Positions 18,823 through 29,974 are shown, numbered from the whole stretch's first letter. The stretch: 62,788 nt of DNA, filler included, from 7 parts of 7 records of this genome joined end to end with filler, not necessarily neighbours in it, one strand, 5' to 3'. The notes: generated from the sequence alone by a model not told the origin. A program made the numbers and translations.

Positions 18823-19926
18823 CTATCTTACTGAATTCTTATTCAGGTACATTTCCCGATCAACTTTAATATAGAGTTCATCAAAACTCATTTCATCACT
18901 GAAAGTCTGGCAGCCATAGCTGAATCTTAGATTTTGCATCTGCGGTAATATATTAACGGCACATTTTTTCTCAATCAGGGTTATAGCCGCGAGCAGATTT
19001 ATCTCACGCTGAATGACAATAATGAATTCATCACCGGCCAGACGAGAGATCATTTTTTCACCATTGAATACTTGTTGTAAAATCCGGGCAAACTCTATCA
19101 GAATCTGATCACCTAAGTGATGGCCGTTTCTATCATTGATCTCTTTAAATCCATCAAGGTCGATCATCAGTACCTTAAAATTTTTTTTCTTTTCCATCAG
19201 ATATTGCACGTATTCTTCATAACTTGCTCGAGAAAAAAGCCGTGTTAGTGAATCTCTTTCACCGGATGATGTCTCAAGCAGAACATATGCAATCAATATT
19301 CCTAGCCCCATGGTCGACCACGCAAAAAACAGCTGGATATAAAACATCTGTACAAGCATGCCGATTATCGGCAGACCAAAAAAGATTACGACGATATAGA
19401 TTGTCCGCGCATTTGTTTTTCTGCGATGAATCTGCATCATAACAATAACATACAGATATATTCCCAGAATAATGAGATAGGTTAGCCATTGAAGCGGTCC
19501 AGGTTTGAATAGCCGTGTAGCAGCATCAACAGAAAAAATAAATGGCTCGAAAATATTGATGATAAGCAAAATGAATACCACCAAGGACGGCAGCTGATAC
19601 ATGATACTTCTTTTTATACACTTAACACTGCTGAAAAGCTTATAATCAGCATATGAAGCCGCAACTCCGGCCAGTATTGGACCGAGCATTACCAATAAGA
19701 AGTTGGAAATGTAACATACCAGATATCCTTGATGAGAAGTACTGCCGTCGGATATCCATGTTATAGGTTCAACAATTAAGGCAGCCACATTCAGAATAAT
19801 AACTATCCTGAGCAGCTTCTTTGAAAAGATCCCAAACTGAGTTTTGGTTTTAATCAGGAATAAGATAACAAGCAGCATCAGAATTGCATAAATATTAATC
19901 TGAAACTGTTCAATATAGTGTATCAC
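18823..19926 (-). CDS. Membrane-bound diguanylate cyclase-domain protein (AGDEF variant)
   Basis: Multi-TM N-terminus; RDSLTRL, IDLDGFKEINDRNGHHLGD, RLAGDEF. GTG 19926 follows AGGAG. Confidence 0.88.
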   Translation of the reverse strand: MIHYIEQFQINIYAILMLLVILFLIKTKTQFGIFSKKLLRIVIILNVAALIVEPITWISDGSTSHQGYLVCYISNFLLVMLGPILAGVAASYADYKLFSSVKCIKRSIMYQLPSLVVFILLIINIFEPFIFSVDAATRLFKPGPLQWLTYLIILGIYLYVIVMMQIHRRKTNARTIYIVVIFFGLPIIGMLVQMFYIQLFFAWSTMGLGILIAYVLLETSSGERDSLTRLFSRASYEEYVQYLMEKKKNFKVLMIDLDGFKEINDRNGHHLGDQILIEFARILQQVFNGEKMISRLAGDEFIIVIQREINLLAAITLIEKKCAVNILPQMQNLRFSYGCQTFSDEMSFDELYIKVDREMYLNKNSVR

Positions 19927-20103
19927 TGCCTGTCTCCTATTGATACATTTGGTATTTCTTACCTGCATATTGTATATCAAGTGATGGGGTATGGGCAAAT
20001 GAAAAATATTTTGACACCAAATGTCGCGCCAAATGTCTTCGACACCAACCAGCAGGATGACGCCATTATTCTATACAAATTCCCGGTAGGCGTATTGTGT
20101 ACA

Positions 20104-20706
20104 TCAACCTGTGTAATCTTTTCTGGTATACACACCGCTGCCGAAATTGAAACTTTGTCCCAGAAACTGGTTTTTAAAGATTGATGATTCGGTTATCGAT
20201 TCCTCGATTGGATAATTCCGTAAAAGATGCAGCAGCAGTTGGGATGTCGCTTCGGCATCAGCCATGGCAGAATGAGCCAACGTATTTGTTATGTCGAGAT
20301 ATGTACAGAGATTTTCCAGGCTGTAGGAGCTGCGTCCGGCTATATGCCTACGAGACAGCTGCAGTGTACAGATGCTGGGGATCTGATCAATCGCAAATCC
20401 TGCCCTTTTCAGGTCCGCCTGTAGGAAACTGATATCAAACGCGGCATTATGAGCCGCTATCACGACTCCGTCAAGGAAATCGAGCAGTTCTTCGGCAATA
20501 TCACCAAACATAGGGGCTTTTGCCACCATTTCAGTGGTTATTCCATGCACCCAATCCGCGCCGACATGTCGCTGTGGATTAACCAAGGTTTCGAAGCGGT
20601 CCAGATACTCCCCATCGCTGTTCATCAATAGGATACCGATTTCTAATATATTGTTATCTTTGGCTGTGAGTCCGGTAGTTTCAACATCCAGTATTGCATA
20701 CTTCAT
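20104..20706 (-). CDS. DEDDh 3'-5' exonuclease (DnaQ-like)
   Basis: LDVETTG, AHNAAFD, HSAMADA. Confidence 0.92.
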   Translation of the reverse strand: MKYAILDVETTGLTAKDNNILEIGILLMNSDGEYLDRFETLVNPQRHVGADWVHGITTEMVAKAPMFGDIAEELLDFLDGVVIAAHNAAFDISFLQADLKRAGFAIDQIPSICTLQLSRRHIAGRSSYSLENLCTYLDITNTLAHSAMADAEATSQLLLHLLRNYPIEESITESSIFKNQFLGQSFNFGSGVYTRKDYTG

Positions 20707-20724
20707 ATAGTGTTCATCTCCAAT

Positions 20725-21348
20725 CTATTCAGGTTTCTTTCCGGATTCATCAGGGGCTTCAGAGATGGCGGAATCCTCGGTGTCATCAAAGTCTTCAGAG
20801 TCATCGGAATCTTCAAAGCTGTCGGATTTATCAGCATCATCCTCAACTATCTCATAATCATCTTCCGAGTCATCATCCCAGTCCATTTCCGCCGCTTTTG
20901 CTTCCTCCTGCTGCTGCTTGAAATCGCGAATTAAATCGCGCAGCAGCCGCAGTCCACCTAGACCGCTCACCGCAAGTCCGATATCAAACAGTACAATACA
21001 GCCAAAGGCAATATACCAGACAGCACTTTCCTGTCCCAGCTCACCATGAGCAAGTCCCGACACATTCGCAACCACCTGACCGGCAATGAGCATGAAAAAG
21101 GCACCCATTGCATGTAATCCAATCCATTTTATTTGCCGCTTAACACGAAAAGCTCCCCACATAAGCAGAATTATGCCTATCAACACAAAGGGGAACAACT
21201 CTGCCGGTAATAGGAAATCAAATACAACTCTTCCTAACTGAGCCAGGGCAAAAATCGCAAAAATGAAGGGTAGAATCAGTGGTGTCCAGACCAGGACATT
21301 CCCTGCTATGACTAAAACTTTGGTAAACAGATTATTTTTTTCCATCAC
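20725..21348 (-). CDS. Hypothetical membrane protein with highly acidic C-terminal tail
   Basis: About four hydrophobic segments followed by ~55 aa rich in D/E/S. Confidence 0.7.
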   Translation of the reverse strand: MMEKNNLFTKVLVIAGNVLVWTPLILPFIFAIFALAQLGRVVFDFLLPAELFPFVLIGIILLMWGAFRVKRQIKWIGLHAMGAFFMLIAGQVVANVSGLAHGELGQESAVWYIAFGCIVLFDIGLAVSGLGGLRLLRDLIRDFKQQQEEAKAAEMDWDDDSEDDYEIVEDDADKSDSFEDSDDSEDFDDTEDSAISEAPDESGKKPE

Positions 21349-21424
21349 CTACAATGTATATCTATTGGCAGTAATGTGCAAATAAAGAGTACAGATTTTT
21401 CCTTAAACGATTACAGAATTACCA

Positions 21425-21829
21425 TTACTGCTTTGGAACAACCCTGGCCCCGATTGGGAACAGCAGGAATTTTCCCATGCGAAAATAGACTATTCCAACA
21501 GGGATCCCGATGATTGTAATGAAAGAGAGTGCACCGTAAATAAAATAGACGATAGTAAATGAGAGCCCTATGAGAATCCAGAGTATATTGAGCACCGCAT
21601 GCAGAACCTGACGCCATATCGCTACGTTTTCCGGACCTTTCACATCAGTTTCCCGTACAATTTCTTTGCCAAAAGGAAATGCTGATAATTTCGCAAATTC
21701 AAAACAGGCCCGTCCGATGGGTATTCCAATAATGGTTATATAGAACAGAACTCCGAACAGCAGCCAAATAATCGCCATAATTGCGCCGCCCAGGATAAAC
21801 CAAATCACATTGCCGATTGTCGCCATCAA
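21425..21829 (-). CDS. YccF-domain inner membrane protein
   Basis: Duplicated GNVIWFILGG...ITIIGIPIG...PFG motif. Confidence 0.9.
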   Translation of the reverse strand: MMATIGNVIWFILGGAIMAIIWLLFGVLFYITIIGIPIGRACFEFAKLSAFPFGKEIVRETDVKGPENVAIWRQVLHAVLNILWILIGLSFTIVYFIYGALSFITIIGIPVGIVYFRMGKFLLFPIGARVVPKQ

Positions 21830-21877
21830 AAACCCCCACTATTTTTTGTTATTGCATTATATCATTAATCAAGTAAA

Positions 21878-22507
21878 TTATCGCTCAAAACCTGAATAGA
21901 TCGGAGAATACGGTCGGCACCACTTATTAAGTATATCCCACTTCAAAAGAGTCAGCTGCCTGATGTGATACAAGTCATGTGCAACCCATGAAGCCAGAAT
22001 ATTCCCAAGGCTCATGGCTCCCCTCCTGAACCCGTTTCCCGAATGTTTTTTCTGCAAATCCGGATATATATATGTTATACCCGATGCATCATTTCCCTCA
22101 TGGATTAAGCTCTGCAGCCAGAATATCGACTGTTTCCGTTCGCTGAGAAAGTGCTCAACAGCTTCCTCCAGATTCCGTTCATTGTAATGGTGCTCAGATA
22201 TCCAGGCAAAGATATCAAAGTCCGGCCATGATGTTTCAGGGGCTTCAAGGGTTATGCTGAAATCATAGCGAAAATCTTCTATTTCGATATCTATCAGGTG
22301 CCCGATAATTTCCAGGACCGACCATCTGTCTGAATCAAGTTCCGGCTCATGTTCGAAAGATAAGCCCGATTTGGATTCAGATGCGATTTCATAATCGACT
22401 CCTGGTTCAGGCTTCCAGGCCGCCATTTTCTGCGTCAGTCCATCAACCAAATCAGCAATTATTCGGCTGCCGTTTTCAAGCTGAGCGATATAATCCGGAT
22501 ATATCAT
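21878..22507 (-). CDS. DinB/YfiT superfamily protein
   Basis: WSVLEIIGHLIDIE and AHDLYH metal-binding His pattern. Confidence 0.8.
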   Translation of the reverse strand: MIYPDYIAQLENGSRIIADLVDGLTQKMAAWKPEPGVDYEIASESKSGLSFEHEPELDSDRWSVLEIIGHLIDIEIEDFRYDFSITLEAPETSWPDFDIFAWISEHHYNERNLEEAVEHFLSERKQSIFWLQSLIHEGNDASGITYIYPDLQKKHSGNGFRRGAMSLGNILASWVAHDLYHIRQLTLLKWDILNKWCRPYSPIYSGFER

Positions 22508-22528
22508 ACATGTTCCTCCGTTAAAATG

Positions 22529-23482
22529 CTAAACAAAGAAATCTCCTTCACTTACGAGTATACAATTCCCCCCGATATACGTTGATGCAACCTCCCCCTC
22601 TCGAAAAAGTGCACGCGCATGCAAAATACTCGGACGTCCCATTTCGATCCCTTGTGATATAGTCAGTTTGATTTCCCCGGAAAGCGCAGTTTCCATTTGA
22701 TGCGCCAACAGTCCTGCCAGAGCACAGTTCGCACTGCCGGTTGCAGGATCTTCAGTGATTCCGTCCAGCGGGGCAAACATGCGGCCGTTGACATCAAATT
22801 GCGCATTTTCGGTACTAAGCTGTGCAGATTCCATTATACTCTCAGAGCGATAATAGATATACATATCAGGTGAGATTCCCTGGTCAGCTATCTCCTGCAG
22901 GGTTCCAATTTGTGCTTTTGCATCCGCAAGAAATTTTCTGTCAGTAAGTTCGATAAACAGAAAAGGTAATCCAACCGAAGCCATTACAGGTTGATGATGA
23001 GTCGAGCTGATTGCTTCTACCGGTAACGAGGTTGCCGATGCCGCCATCTCTTTCGATATGGACAACCCCAGCGAAAGCGGCTGAGGGGCAGCTAGTTCAA
23101 AAAAGAGATTCCCGCGATCATCTCTGGATATTGATATCGGTACATTACCCGCAGACTCTTCGAATATTATTTCCTGCTTTTCATCAGCAGCATACATTCC
23201 AATACTGTGCAGGATAAATGCAGTTCCGATGTTGGGGTGGCCTGCAAAAGGAACCTCCGTCCCCGGCGTGAAAATTCGCACTCTGCAGTCTGCGTCCCGT
23301 TCAGGCGGGAATACAAAGGCACATTCTGAATAGTTGAATTCTCTGGTAATCTTCTGCATGGTCTGCTTATCAAGTCCAACGGCATCGGGGAATACCGCTA
23401 ATTGGTTTCCGCCAAAAGGGGTATTCGTAAACACATCACATGTGTAATATTTGTACCGTTTTCCTGCGCTTTTTATTTTCAC
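22529..23482 (-). CDS. PhzF family isomerase
   Basis: DVFT..FGGNQLAV, RIFTPGTEVPFAGHP, EDPATGSA, QGIEMGRPS. Confidence 0.93.
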   Translation of the reverse strand: MKIKSAGKRYKYYTCDVFTNTPFGGNQLAVFPDAVGLDKQTMQKITREFNYSECAFVFPPERDADCRVRIFTPGTEVPFAGHPNIGTAFILHSIGMYAADEKQEIIFEESAGNVPISISRDDRGNLFFELAAPQPLSLGLSISKEMAASATSLPVEAISSTHHQPVMASVGLPFLFIELTDRKFLADAKAQIGTLQEIADQGISPDMYIYYRSESIMESAQLSTENAQFDVNGRMFAPLDGITEDPATGSANCALAGLLAHQMETALSGEIKLTISQGIEMGRPSILHARALFREGEVASTYIGGNCILVSEGDFFV

Positions 23483-23562
23483 ATCTCCTCCTGGCTATAA
23501 CTAAGGCTATACACATTCCATCACAGCTCCCGTCAGCATTGTCAATCTTCAGTATTACCTGA

Positions 23563-24707
23563 TTATAGGTAATACCCTGCATCCTCAACGGCCTGCAGCA
23601 TGGCAAACAGATTTTCATGCGGAGTGCCGAGGGGGCACTGATCACCGCTGCTCAGAATAAAGCCGCCTCCGTCCCCCGCATCTTCAATTGCCTTGATTGA
23701 GGCTTTATAGACATCACCTGCTGTACCGTTCAGCAGCACATCCGTAGTATGCAGATTCCCCATCAGTGCTATATCCATACCGCGGACTTTTTTCACTTCG
23801 GCAAGATCAACATCTCCCATTGGGGCAATTTCCAGAGGATTAATACAGTTAATGTCGGTATGCTCAACGACCATATCAACCAACTGACGGGATTTTCCGC
23901 AGCTGTGCAGCATGGACGGCACACCTGCCTGCTTTGCCATGGATGACCAGAGTTGCAATGCGGGTATTGAGTACTCCATGACAATTTCCGGAGATGACAT
24001 AGTCAAAGTGCGGAGCCCCCGAACAGTATGTAATCAGGCTTCTGCTGCAGATAGAGTTCCAGTGCTCGTGTACCGTTTTCCAAATCGATGGCAAACCATT
24101 CATCAAGGAGCTTCCGCTGGTCATACCAGGCAAATGTCAGTGTCTGGATACTTCCGGTCACAGCTCCTTCCCAGGCATGAAATCCGGGGAATCCCATGGC
24201 ACAGCCAAAAGCCTGCTGCCGCTTCACGCATTCCCCTCTCATGGCCTCAAACTCGATCATATCAATTCCCGATGGGGTCCTCAGCAGTTTCCTGTACAAG
24301 GGCCAGTCTTTTTCAAGGTTCTTTATTATCCGTATCTTATGCGTTGGCGGTTCCTTCCTGAAACAAATCTGCTCTTCTTCCAGCTCTCCTTCTGCCATCC
24401 TGTAACGTGTCTGCTCAATCGCGGCATCCCGTTCATCCAGCATGTATACCGTACGCTGCATATCAATATCAGTTGGTTCATACAATAGAGGAATATTCGT
24501 ACACGAAGCCATCCACATATCAATTCCGAAATAATCGGCAGCATCGATATATGCTTTCCAAAGTGGTATTTTATGGTGGAAGTAGATATCCCAAAAAGGT
24601 AATCCGGTTCTGTCTACGGGAATATAGTTTGATATATCGGGTGTGCACGGCACCCGGTCGGGTTTTCCGTTTTGCATCGCGGTTAAAAAGCGTTCACCTG
24701 GTGTCAT
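23563..24707 (-). CDS. Uroporphyrinogen decarboxylase-like (URO-D/MtaA superfamily) protein, split by a 1-nt deletion at ~24011
   Basis: MTPGERFLTAM..KPDRVP N-terminus; HSCG, INPLE..PMGDVDL, LMGNL, GGFILSSG C-terminus. Restoring one G gives FGGSGTLTMSSP. Confidence 0.8.
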
Positions 24708-24752
24708 GTCTCCCCCATTATTGGTAAAAATCACAAGTTCAATCGATTCACC

Positions 24753-25451
24753 CTACGCAAAAGGAGTCTTGGATTCCCTTCGTACCTGTATTTCATCAAT
24801 AGCCGCATTTCCTGTTCTCGTGATAAGAAACATGACAATATCGGCGATCTCATGCGGTGCAATCAGTTCGCTGGTGTTGATATCGGGTCGAACACCGCTT
24901 ACCATATCAGTCGCAACTCCACCCGGTGAGATAACATGTACCCGTATCCCGTCGGACTGCAGCTCTTTCGCAATGGACTTGCTGAACCCCAGCATCGCAT
25001 GCTTGGAAGCCGTGTAGGCTGACTGCTGTTCATATCCCTTGGTTGCCACCACCGACGCAACATTGATGATAAATGCACGTTTGTGCTTCCGTAAATACGG
25101 CACAGCTTCACGGCAAAAAAGATAGGGAACTTTCGCGTTCAGGTGCATGACTCTGTCCCACTCCTCATCGGTAGTCTCTTCTAGTTTACGGGATAAGGCA
25201 ATCCCGGCATTATTTATCAGAATATCGATTCCTCCCATTGCCCGGGCAGCTTCTGAAACCAGCCACACAGGATCCGTATCCAGCAAATCCGCACGAAAAG
25301 GAATGAGTTTCCCGGGGAAATCATTTTGTTTGAGTTCAGAAATTGCACTCATATCCCTGCCAACCGCAAAAACATCGGCCCCGGCATTAAGCAGGGCTTT
25401 CGTTATCGCCAGGCCTATTCCTTTCGTAGCACCGGTTACTATAGCCTTCAT
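24753..25451 (-). CDS. Short-chain dehydrogenase/reductase
   Basis: TGATKGIG, NNAG, YTASK. Confidence 0.93.
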   Translation of the reverse strand: MKAIVTGATKGIGLAITKALLNAGADVFAVGRDMSAISELKQNDFPGKLIPFRADLLDTDPVWLVSEAARAMGGIDILINNAGIALSRKLEETTDEEWDRVMHLNAKVPYLFCREAVPYLRKHKRAFIINVASVVATKGYEQQSAYTASKHAMLGFSKSIAKELQSDGIRVHVISPGGVATDMVSGVRPDINTSELIAPHEIADIVMFLITRTGNAAIDEIQVRRESKTPFA

Positions 25452-25604
25452 AATTGACTCCTTACATATGCCTGATTCATATTTCAGTATAATCTACTTA
25501 CAAACAGTATCGGAATACAGCGGCTCAGGCAATGATTATTTTACCATCATCCAATCTCTGGTATAATGCAGACAATGCACGATATCGCTGACAAGGTGTA
25601 AAAA

Positions 25605-26474
25605 ATGAAAAAATGCTCAAGAAATACCGGCATACTATGTGTGATATTAATTCTTTTTTTCGCCGTCCTTTTCGATATTTCGGGCGATTCAAACAGACAG
25701 ATCGATCAGACGATGTCGATACCATATCCTGAGATGGTCCTGGTTGAAGCCGGTTCATTCATAATGGGATCAGAAACCGGTCAGCCTGATGAACATCCTG
25801 AGCACCTGGTAACCCTGACAACATCTTTTTATATGGGGAAGTATGAAATATCATTCGAAGAGTATGCTCTTTTCTGCCTTTCAACTGAACGGGATTTGGT
25901 TGATGATTTGGATCGCGGACGTCACAATATTCCACTTTTTGATGTGCAGTGGTTCGAAGCTATTGCGTACTGCAACTGGTTGAGTGTGCAGCATGGTTTC
26001 ACTCCCTACTATAATTCACGGGGAACAAAACGATACGCTGATGCTGATGGGTATCGTCTTCCGACTGAAGCCGAATGGGAATTTGCGGCACGGGGAGGGA
26101 ATCAATCGATTGGATTCCTCTATCCAGGCAGTAATACTGCAGATGCTGTCGCATGGTTCGGCTCATCAGCGGATCAATGCCGGGAAATCGGCACAAAGCT
26201 TCCTAATGAACTGGGTATTTATGATATGGCCGGCAATCTCTGGGAGTGGTGTTACGACTGGTATGGAACTGAGTACTACAATGAATCACCGTCAATTGAT
26301 CCAGCCGGACCGGTAAAAAGTGATGTATTCCCCAATTACGGTGGCAACCGGGTACGCAGGGGTGGAAGTTTTAACGAGATCTCTGATTTTACCAGAACAA
26401 CCGCACGCAGTTATGATGGTCCGCTGCAGGAGGATTCGGCATGCGGTTTCAGAATTGTACGAAATGCGGAATAG
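25605..26474 (+). CDS. Formylglycine-generating enzyme (SUMF1) domain protein, probably exported
   Basis: FIMGS, YRLPTEAEWEFAARGG, PNELGIYDMAGNLWEWC, RGGSF, GFRIVR. Confidence 0.9.
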   Translation: MKKCSRNTGILCVILILFFAVLFDISGDSNRQIDQTMSIPYPEMVLVEAGSFIMGSETGQPDEHPEHLVTLTTSFYMGKYEISFEEYALFCLSTERDLVDDLDRGRHNIPLFDVQWFEAIAYCNWLSVQHGFTPYYNSRGTKRYADADGYRLPTEAEWEFAARGGNQSIGFLYPGSNTADAVAWFGSSADQCREIGTKLPNELGIYDMAGNLWEWCYDWYGTEYYNESPSIDPAGPVKSDVFPNYGGNRVRRGGSFNEISDFTRTTARSYDGPLQEDSACGFRIVRNAE

Positions 26475-26543
26475 TACCAATCGCTGTCATCTATGAATAA
26501 GAATCGCTGCAGAAGTTTGCAGGCTTTCGATGTCAATTAAACA

Positions 26544-26873
26544 CTATTTTACCGGTAAGATCTTAACGAAATCGAGGCATTTCCCAATCCAGAATTTGAG
26601 CTGTTCAAGAGTTTCGATACCTTCCGGTTCAACGAAAACCATCCCCTTCATGGGCCTGCCGGTTACCGTCATCTCATGAGCATGAGTTTGTGCCAGAGCA
26701 GTCGAATAGTAATCAGGACCGACTCTGGCCATCAATTTGTTATCTATCACACCTGCGCACATATTTCCACGAACCATGAATGCTATGCCCCCGAACATCT
26801 TTCTGCTGGTAACCTGATTTTCATCGCTTAATACAGCATTTATGCGTTCAGCCAATATTTCATCATATGCCAT
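26544..26873 (-). CDS. TfoX/Sxy N-terminal domain protein
   Basis: MAYDE.LAERI, RKMFGGIAFMVRGNM, GRPMKG. Confidence 0.88.
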   Translation of the reverse strand: MAYDEILAERINAVLSDENQVTSRKMFGGIAFMVRGNMCAGVIDNKLMARVGPDYYSTALAQTHAHEMTVTGRPMKGMVFVEPEGIETLEQLKFWIGKCLDFVKILPVK

Positions 26874-26961
26874 AGACCCTCCAAACAGCAGAAATCGATA
26901 GTTGCAAATTAACTGTATAAAGTTGGTTTTTAAGCTTAAACCAGCAGGTCAGGTGTGAAAG

Positions 26962-27620
26962 CTAACCGCGAACTTCCTTGTGGATACGAACAGCCGCCGC
27001 GGCATTTGCCCCTATCGTGGACCAGTCGCCTGCTTTTATCAGAGCACGTGGTGCAATCCAGGAACCTCCAAGAGCCAGAATTTCCGGCATCTCAAGATAA
27101 CTGCGGATATTTTCCGTTTTCAGACCGCCCAATGGGATATATTTCAGGTTGAGAAAACTGTAAGGGGCATTAATTCCCTTTAAATATTTTACCCCACCCA
27201 TACCTTCAGCATGGAAGTATTTCAATACGCGGCAGCCCTGACTAACTGCACCTTCAATCTCCGAAGGGGTGGCAATACCAGGTCCGAATGGAAATCCTTT
27301 TTCCACTGCAGCCGATACAACGTCACGATTATACCCCGGAGCTACTCCAAAAGATGCTCCTGTGGATTGGGCCATTCCAATCTGATCGGGATTTAGTATG
27401 GTTCCCACACCAGCCAGCATTTCGGGAACTTCCTGCAGATTCGGCTCAAGGCTTCAATTGCGGCATCAGTTCTGAGCGTCAGTTCCATGGCCTTTATGCC
27501 ATTCTCCAGCAATGTTTTTGCAAGAGGAACTGCCTGATCGGCATCATCCACCATCAGTACGGCGATAATACCCGCCTCTCCAATTTTTTTCTCGAGCTCT
27601 TCCGGAATTAACTGTTTCAT
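26962..27620 (-). CDS. eda: KDPG/KHG aldolase, split by a 1-nt deletion at ~27423
   Basis: MELTLRT, AGVGTIL, PGIATPSEI, LKYF, PLGG, GGSW. Restoring one G gives FPEMLAGVGT. Confidence 0.85.
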
Positions 27621-28044
27621 TTCATTATCCTTAATTGTGAAATATAGCACCAGAATTTCTTACAAAATCGGCCATTGCTTTATATAATACATTATAGAAT
27701 ATATTTTGTACATACTACGGCATGTCCCGCTGAGCGTACGCATCTTAGTATATATGAAATGCCGATAAAATCAAGAATCAATATCCAGTTGCTGGAAACA
27801 CTATCCTGAACGCAAGGAAAGTCATAGAATCGATCATAACTTTCTCTCGGGAATACGTACTTCCCACGAGGAGAATATCCTGTCGGGATTGTATGTTTAT
27901 AGTGGAAAATTGTTAAATCTTAAACTTTATTATATACATAGTACGTTTTCTAGTGTACAATACATATGGGTAGCGCTACTCATTATACCTTACTTATCAA
28001 GTACTCTCAAATTGCTGCCTACTCACATTATTCAGGAGAATATA

Positions 28045-29958
28045 ATGGAAAAGAATTTTGGATTCAATGATGCAATATTGCGTGTAAACTTAAGTACTGC
28101 CGCCATACAACGTAAAAAAATCGGAAAGAGTGTACTACGTAAATACTTGGGAGGTTCTGCTCTGGGAAGCTATTTTGCATTAAAAGAGATTGCCCCTGGG
28201 ACTAAACCCCTCAGCGCGGATAATTCAATTTTCTTTACAACATCACCGCTTACCGGTGTACGTTTTTCCGGAAACGCCCGTCACTCAGTAACCACTCTCT
28301 CCCCGTTGACGGGAGGTCTTGCAAGTTCTGAAGCCGGCGGCTGGTGGGGGCCTGCCTTGAAGTTAGCAGGTCTCGATGCGATAGCGGTTGAAGGTGCTTC
28401 CTCCTCGCCTGTATATCTCTATATTGATGATGATTCGGCAACTCTTGAAGATGCCGCCGATCTTTGGGGAAAAACAACAGGTGATGTACAGAAAATTCTG
28501 AAAGATCGTCATGGAAAAACTTCCAGAGTGCTGCAAGCCGGTCCGGCTGGAGAACAAGGCGTACGCTATGCCTGTATAACCAATGAACTGCGTCATTTTA
28601 ACGGTCGCGGCGGAACCGGAGCAGTGATGGGATCAAAAAAGCTGCGAGCCATCGTTGTTAAAAATATTCGCAAGTCCCTTCCTGTATACGAAGAAACCGG
28701 TCTGAAAGAGATGGCAAACTACCTCAATGCCGATATGAAAAATCATCCTGCATTGGGACCGCATGGTGTATTGGGAACAACCCGATTCCTGCTGCCGACA
28801 AACGCGGGGGGAATGCTGCCGACGATGAACTTCCAAGAGGGAAGCTTTGATGGGGCTGAAAAGGTCTCCGGTGAGGAAATAGCACGTCAATTCGGTGATG
28901 GTTCACATACCTGCTTCGGGTGTACGGTTTCCTGCAAACGCAGAATGAAATCCATAGACAATGCTGATGTAGATACAGCTCTTTACGGGGGGCCGGAATA
29001 TGAAACCATGAGTGTTTTCGGCCCTCTTCTTGGTAATGACAACCCTAAAGTAGTCGTTGAAATGAATGCATTATGCAACGCTCTTGGTCTGGACACCATA
29101 AGTACGGGTGTGGTAATCGGCTGGCTGATGGAAGTGTGTGAAAAAGAACCTGAATGTCTACCGTTCAATTTCAGAATTGATTGGAATGATGCTGACAAGA
29201 TAAAGGAACTGGTATTGAATATAGCCCGTAAAGAGGGTGATGCCGGGCAACTGCTTGCGGAAGGAACAAAACGTGCTGCCGAGAAAATAGCCGGTTCCAC
29301 AATGTCCTACGCCATGCAGGTTAAGGGACAGGAATTTCCAGCCCATGAACCTCGCGGTAAGTGGAATGTAGGATTGGGAATGGCTGTGAATGCTGCCGGA
29401 GCCGACCATCTGGTTGTGGCACATGATGTTGTTATTGATCATGAGGGAGATTCAGAACCGACTTTCTCAGGGGCAGATCTTACAGACCTTGAACCTATTG
29501 GGCTGCTTGATCCATTGCCGAGTGAGTCTTTATCTCCTCAGAAAATCAGAAACTTTGTCTACCTGCAGCAACTCTGGATGCTGCATGATATTCTTGATTT
29601 TTGTAAATTCACTGCTGTTCCTGAGACCCGTTCGTATACTTTACGTCATATGGTAGAGCTGATCGAGATGACCACCGGCTGGCAGACAAGCATGTTCGAC
29701 CTGATGAAATGTTCCGAGCGTGCCATCAATATGGGCAGACTGTTCAATATCAGAATGGGTTTTACCAAAGATGATGATACATTACCCGAACGCATGTTTG
29801 CCCCGCTAAAAAAAGGACCCTTGAAAGGGCACCAGATAGATAAAGCTGAATTTGAAAAAGCCCGGGATCTCTATTATCAGATGATGGGTTGGGACGCACA
29901 GGGTATACCGACTTACGGTAAACTGGTTGAATTAGGACTTGAAGAATTTACCGTTTAG
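28045..29958 (+). CDS. Aldehyde:ferredoxin oxidoreductase (W/Mo AOR family)
   Basis: SPLTGG, GPAGE, GRGGTGAVMGSKKL, CFGCTVSC, GPEYET, GLDTIS, ER..N...G...DDTLP. ATG 28045 follows AGGAG. Confidence 0.93.
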   Translation: MEKNFGFNDAILRVNLSTAAIQRKKIGKSVLRKYLGGSALGSYFALKEIAPGTKPLSADNSIFFTTSPLTGVRFSGNARHSVTTLSPLTGGLASSEAGGWWGPALKLAGLDAIAVEGASSSPVYLYIDDDSATLEDAADLWGKTTGDVQKILKDRHGKTSRVLQAGPAGEQGVRYACITNELRHFNGRGGTGAVMGSKKLRAIVVKNIRKSLPVYEETGLKEMANYLNADMKNHPALGPHGVLGTTRFLLPTNAGGMLPTMNFQEGSFDGAEKVSGEEIARQFGDGSHTCFGCTVSCKRRMKSIDNADVDTALYGGPEYETMSVFGPLLGNDNPKVVVEMNALCNALGLDTISTGVVIGWLMEVCEKEPECLPFNFRIDWNDADKIKELVLNIARKEGDAGQLLAEGTKRAAEKIAGSTMSYAMQVKGQEFPAHEPRGKWNVGLGMAVNAAGADHLVVAHDVVIDHEGDSEPTFSGADLTDLEPIGLLDPLPSESLSPQKIRNFVYLQQLWMLHDILDFCKFTAVPETRSYTLRHMVELIEMTTGWQTSMFDLMKCSERAINMGRLFNIRMGFTKDDDTLPERMFAPLKKGPLKGHQIDKAEFEKARDLYYQMMGWDAQGIPTYGKLVELGLEEFTV

Positions 29959-29974
29959 CGAAATCATATAGTGT

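Noticed and set aside
24003-24006. Selenocysteine or stop-codon readthrough at the TGA of the URO-D-like gene
   Set aside because: The downstream half is in a different frame, and a single-base deletion explains it.
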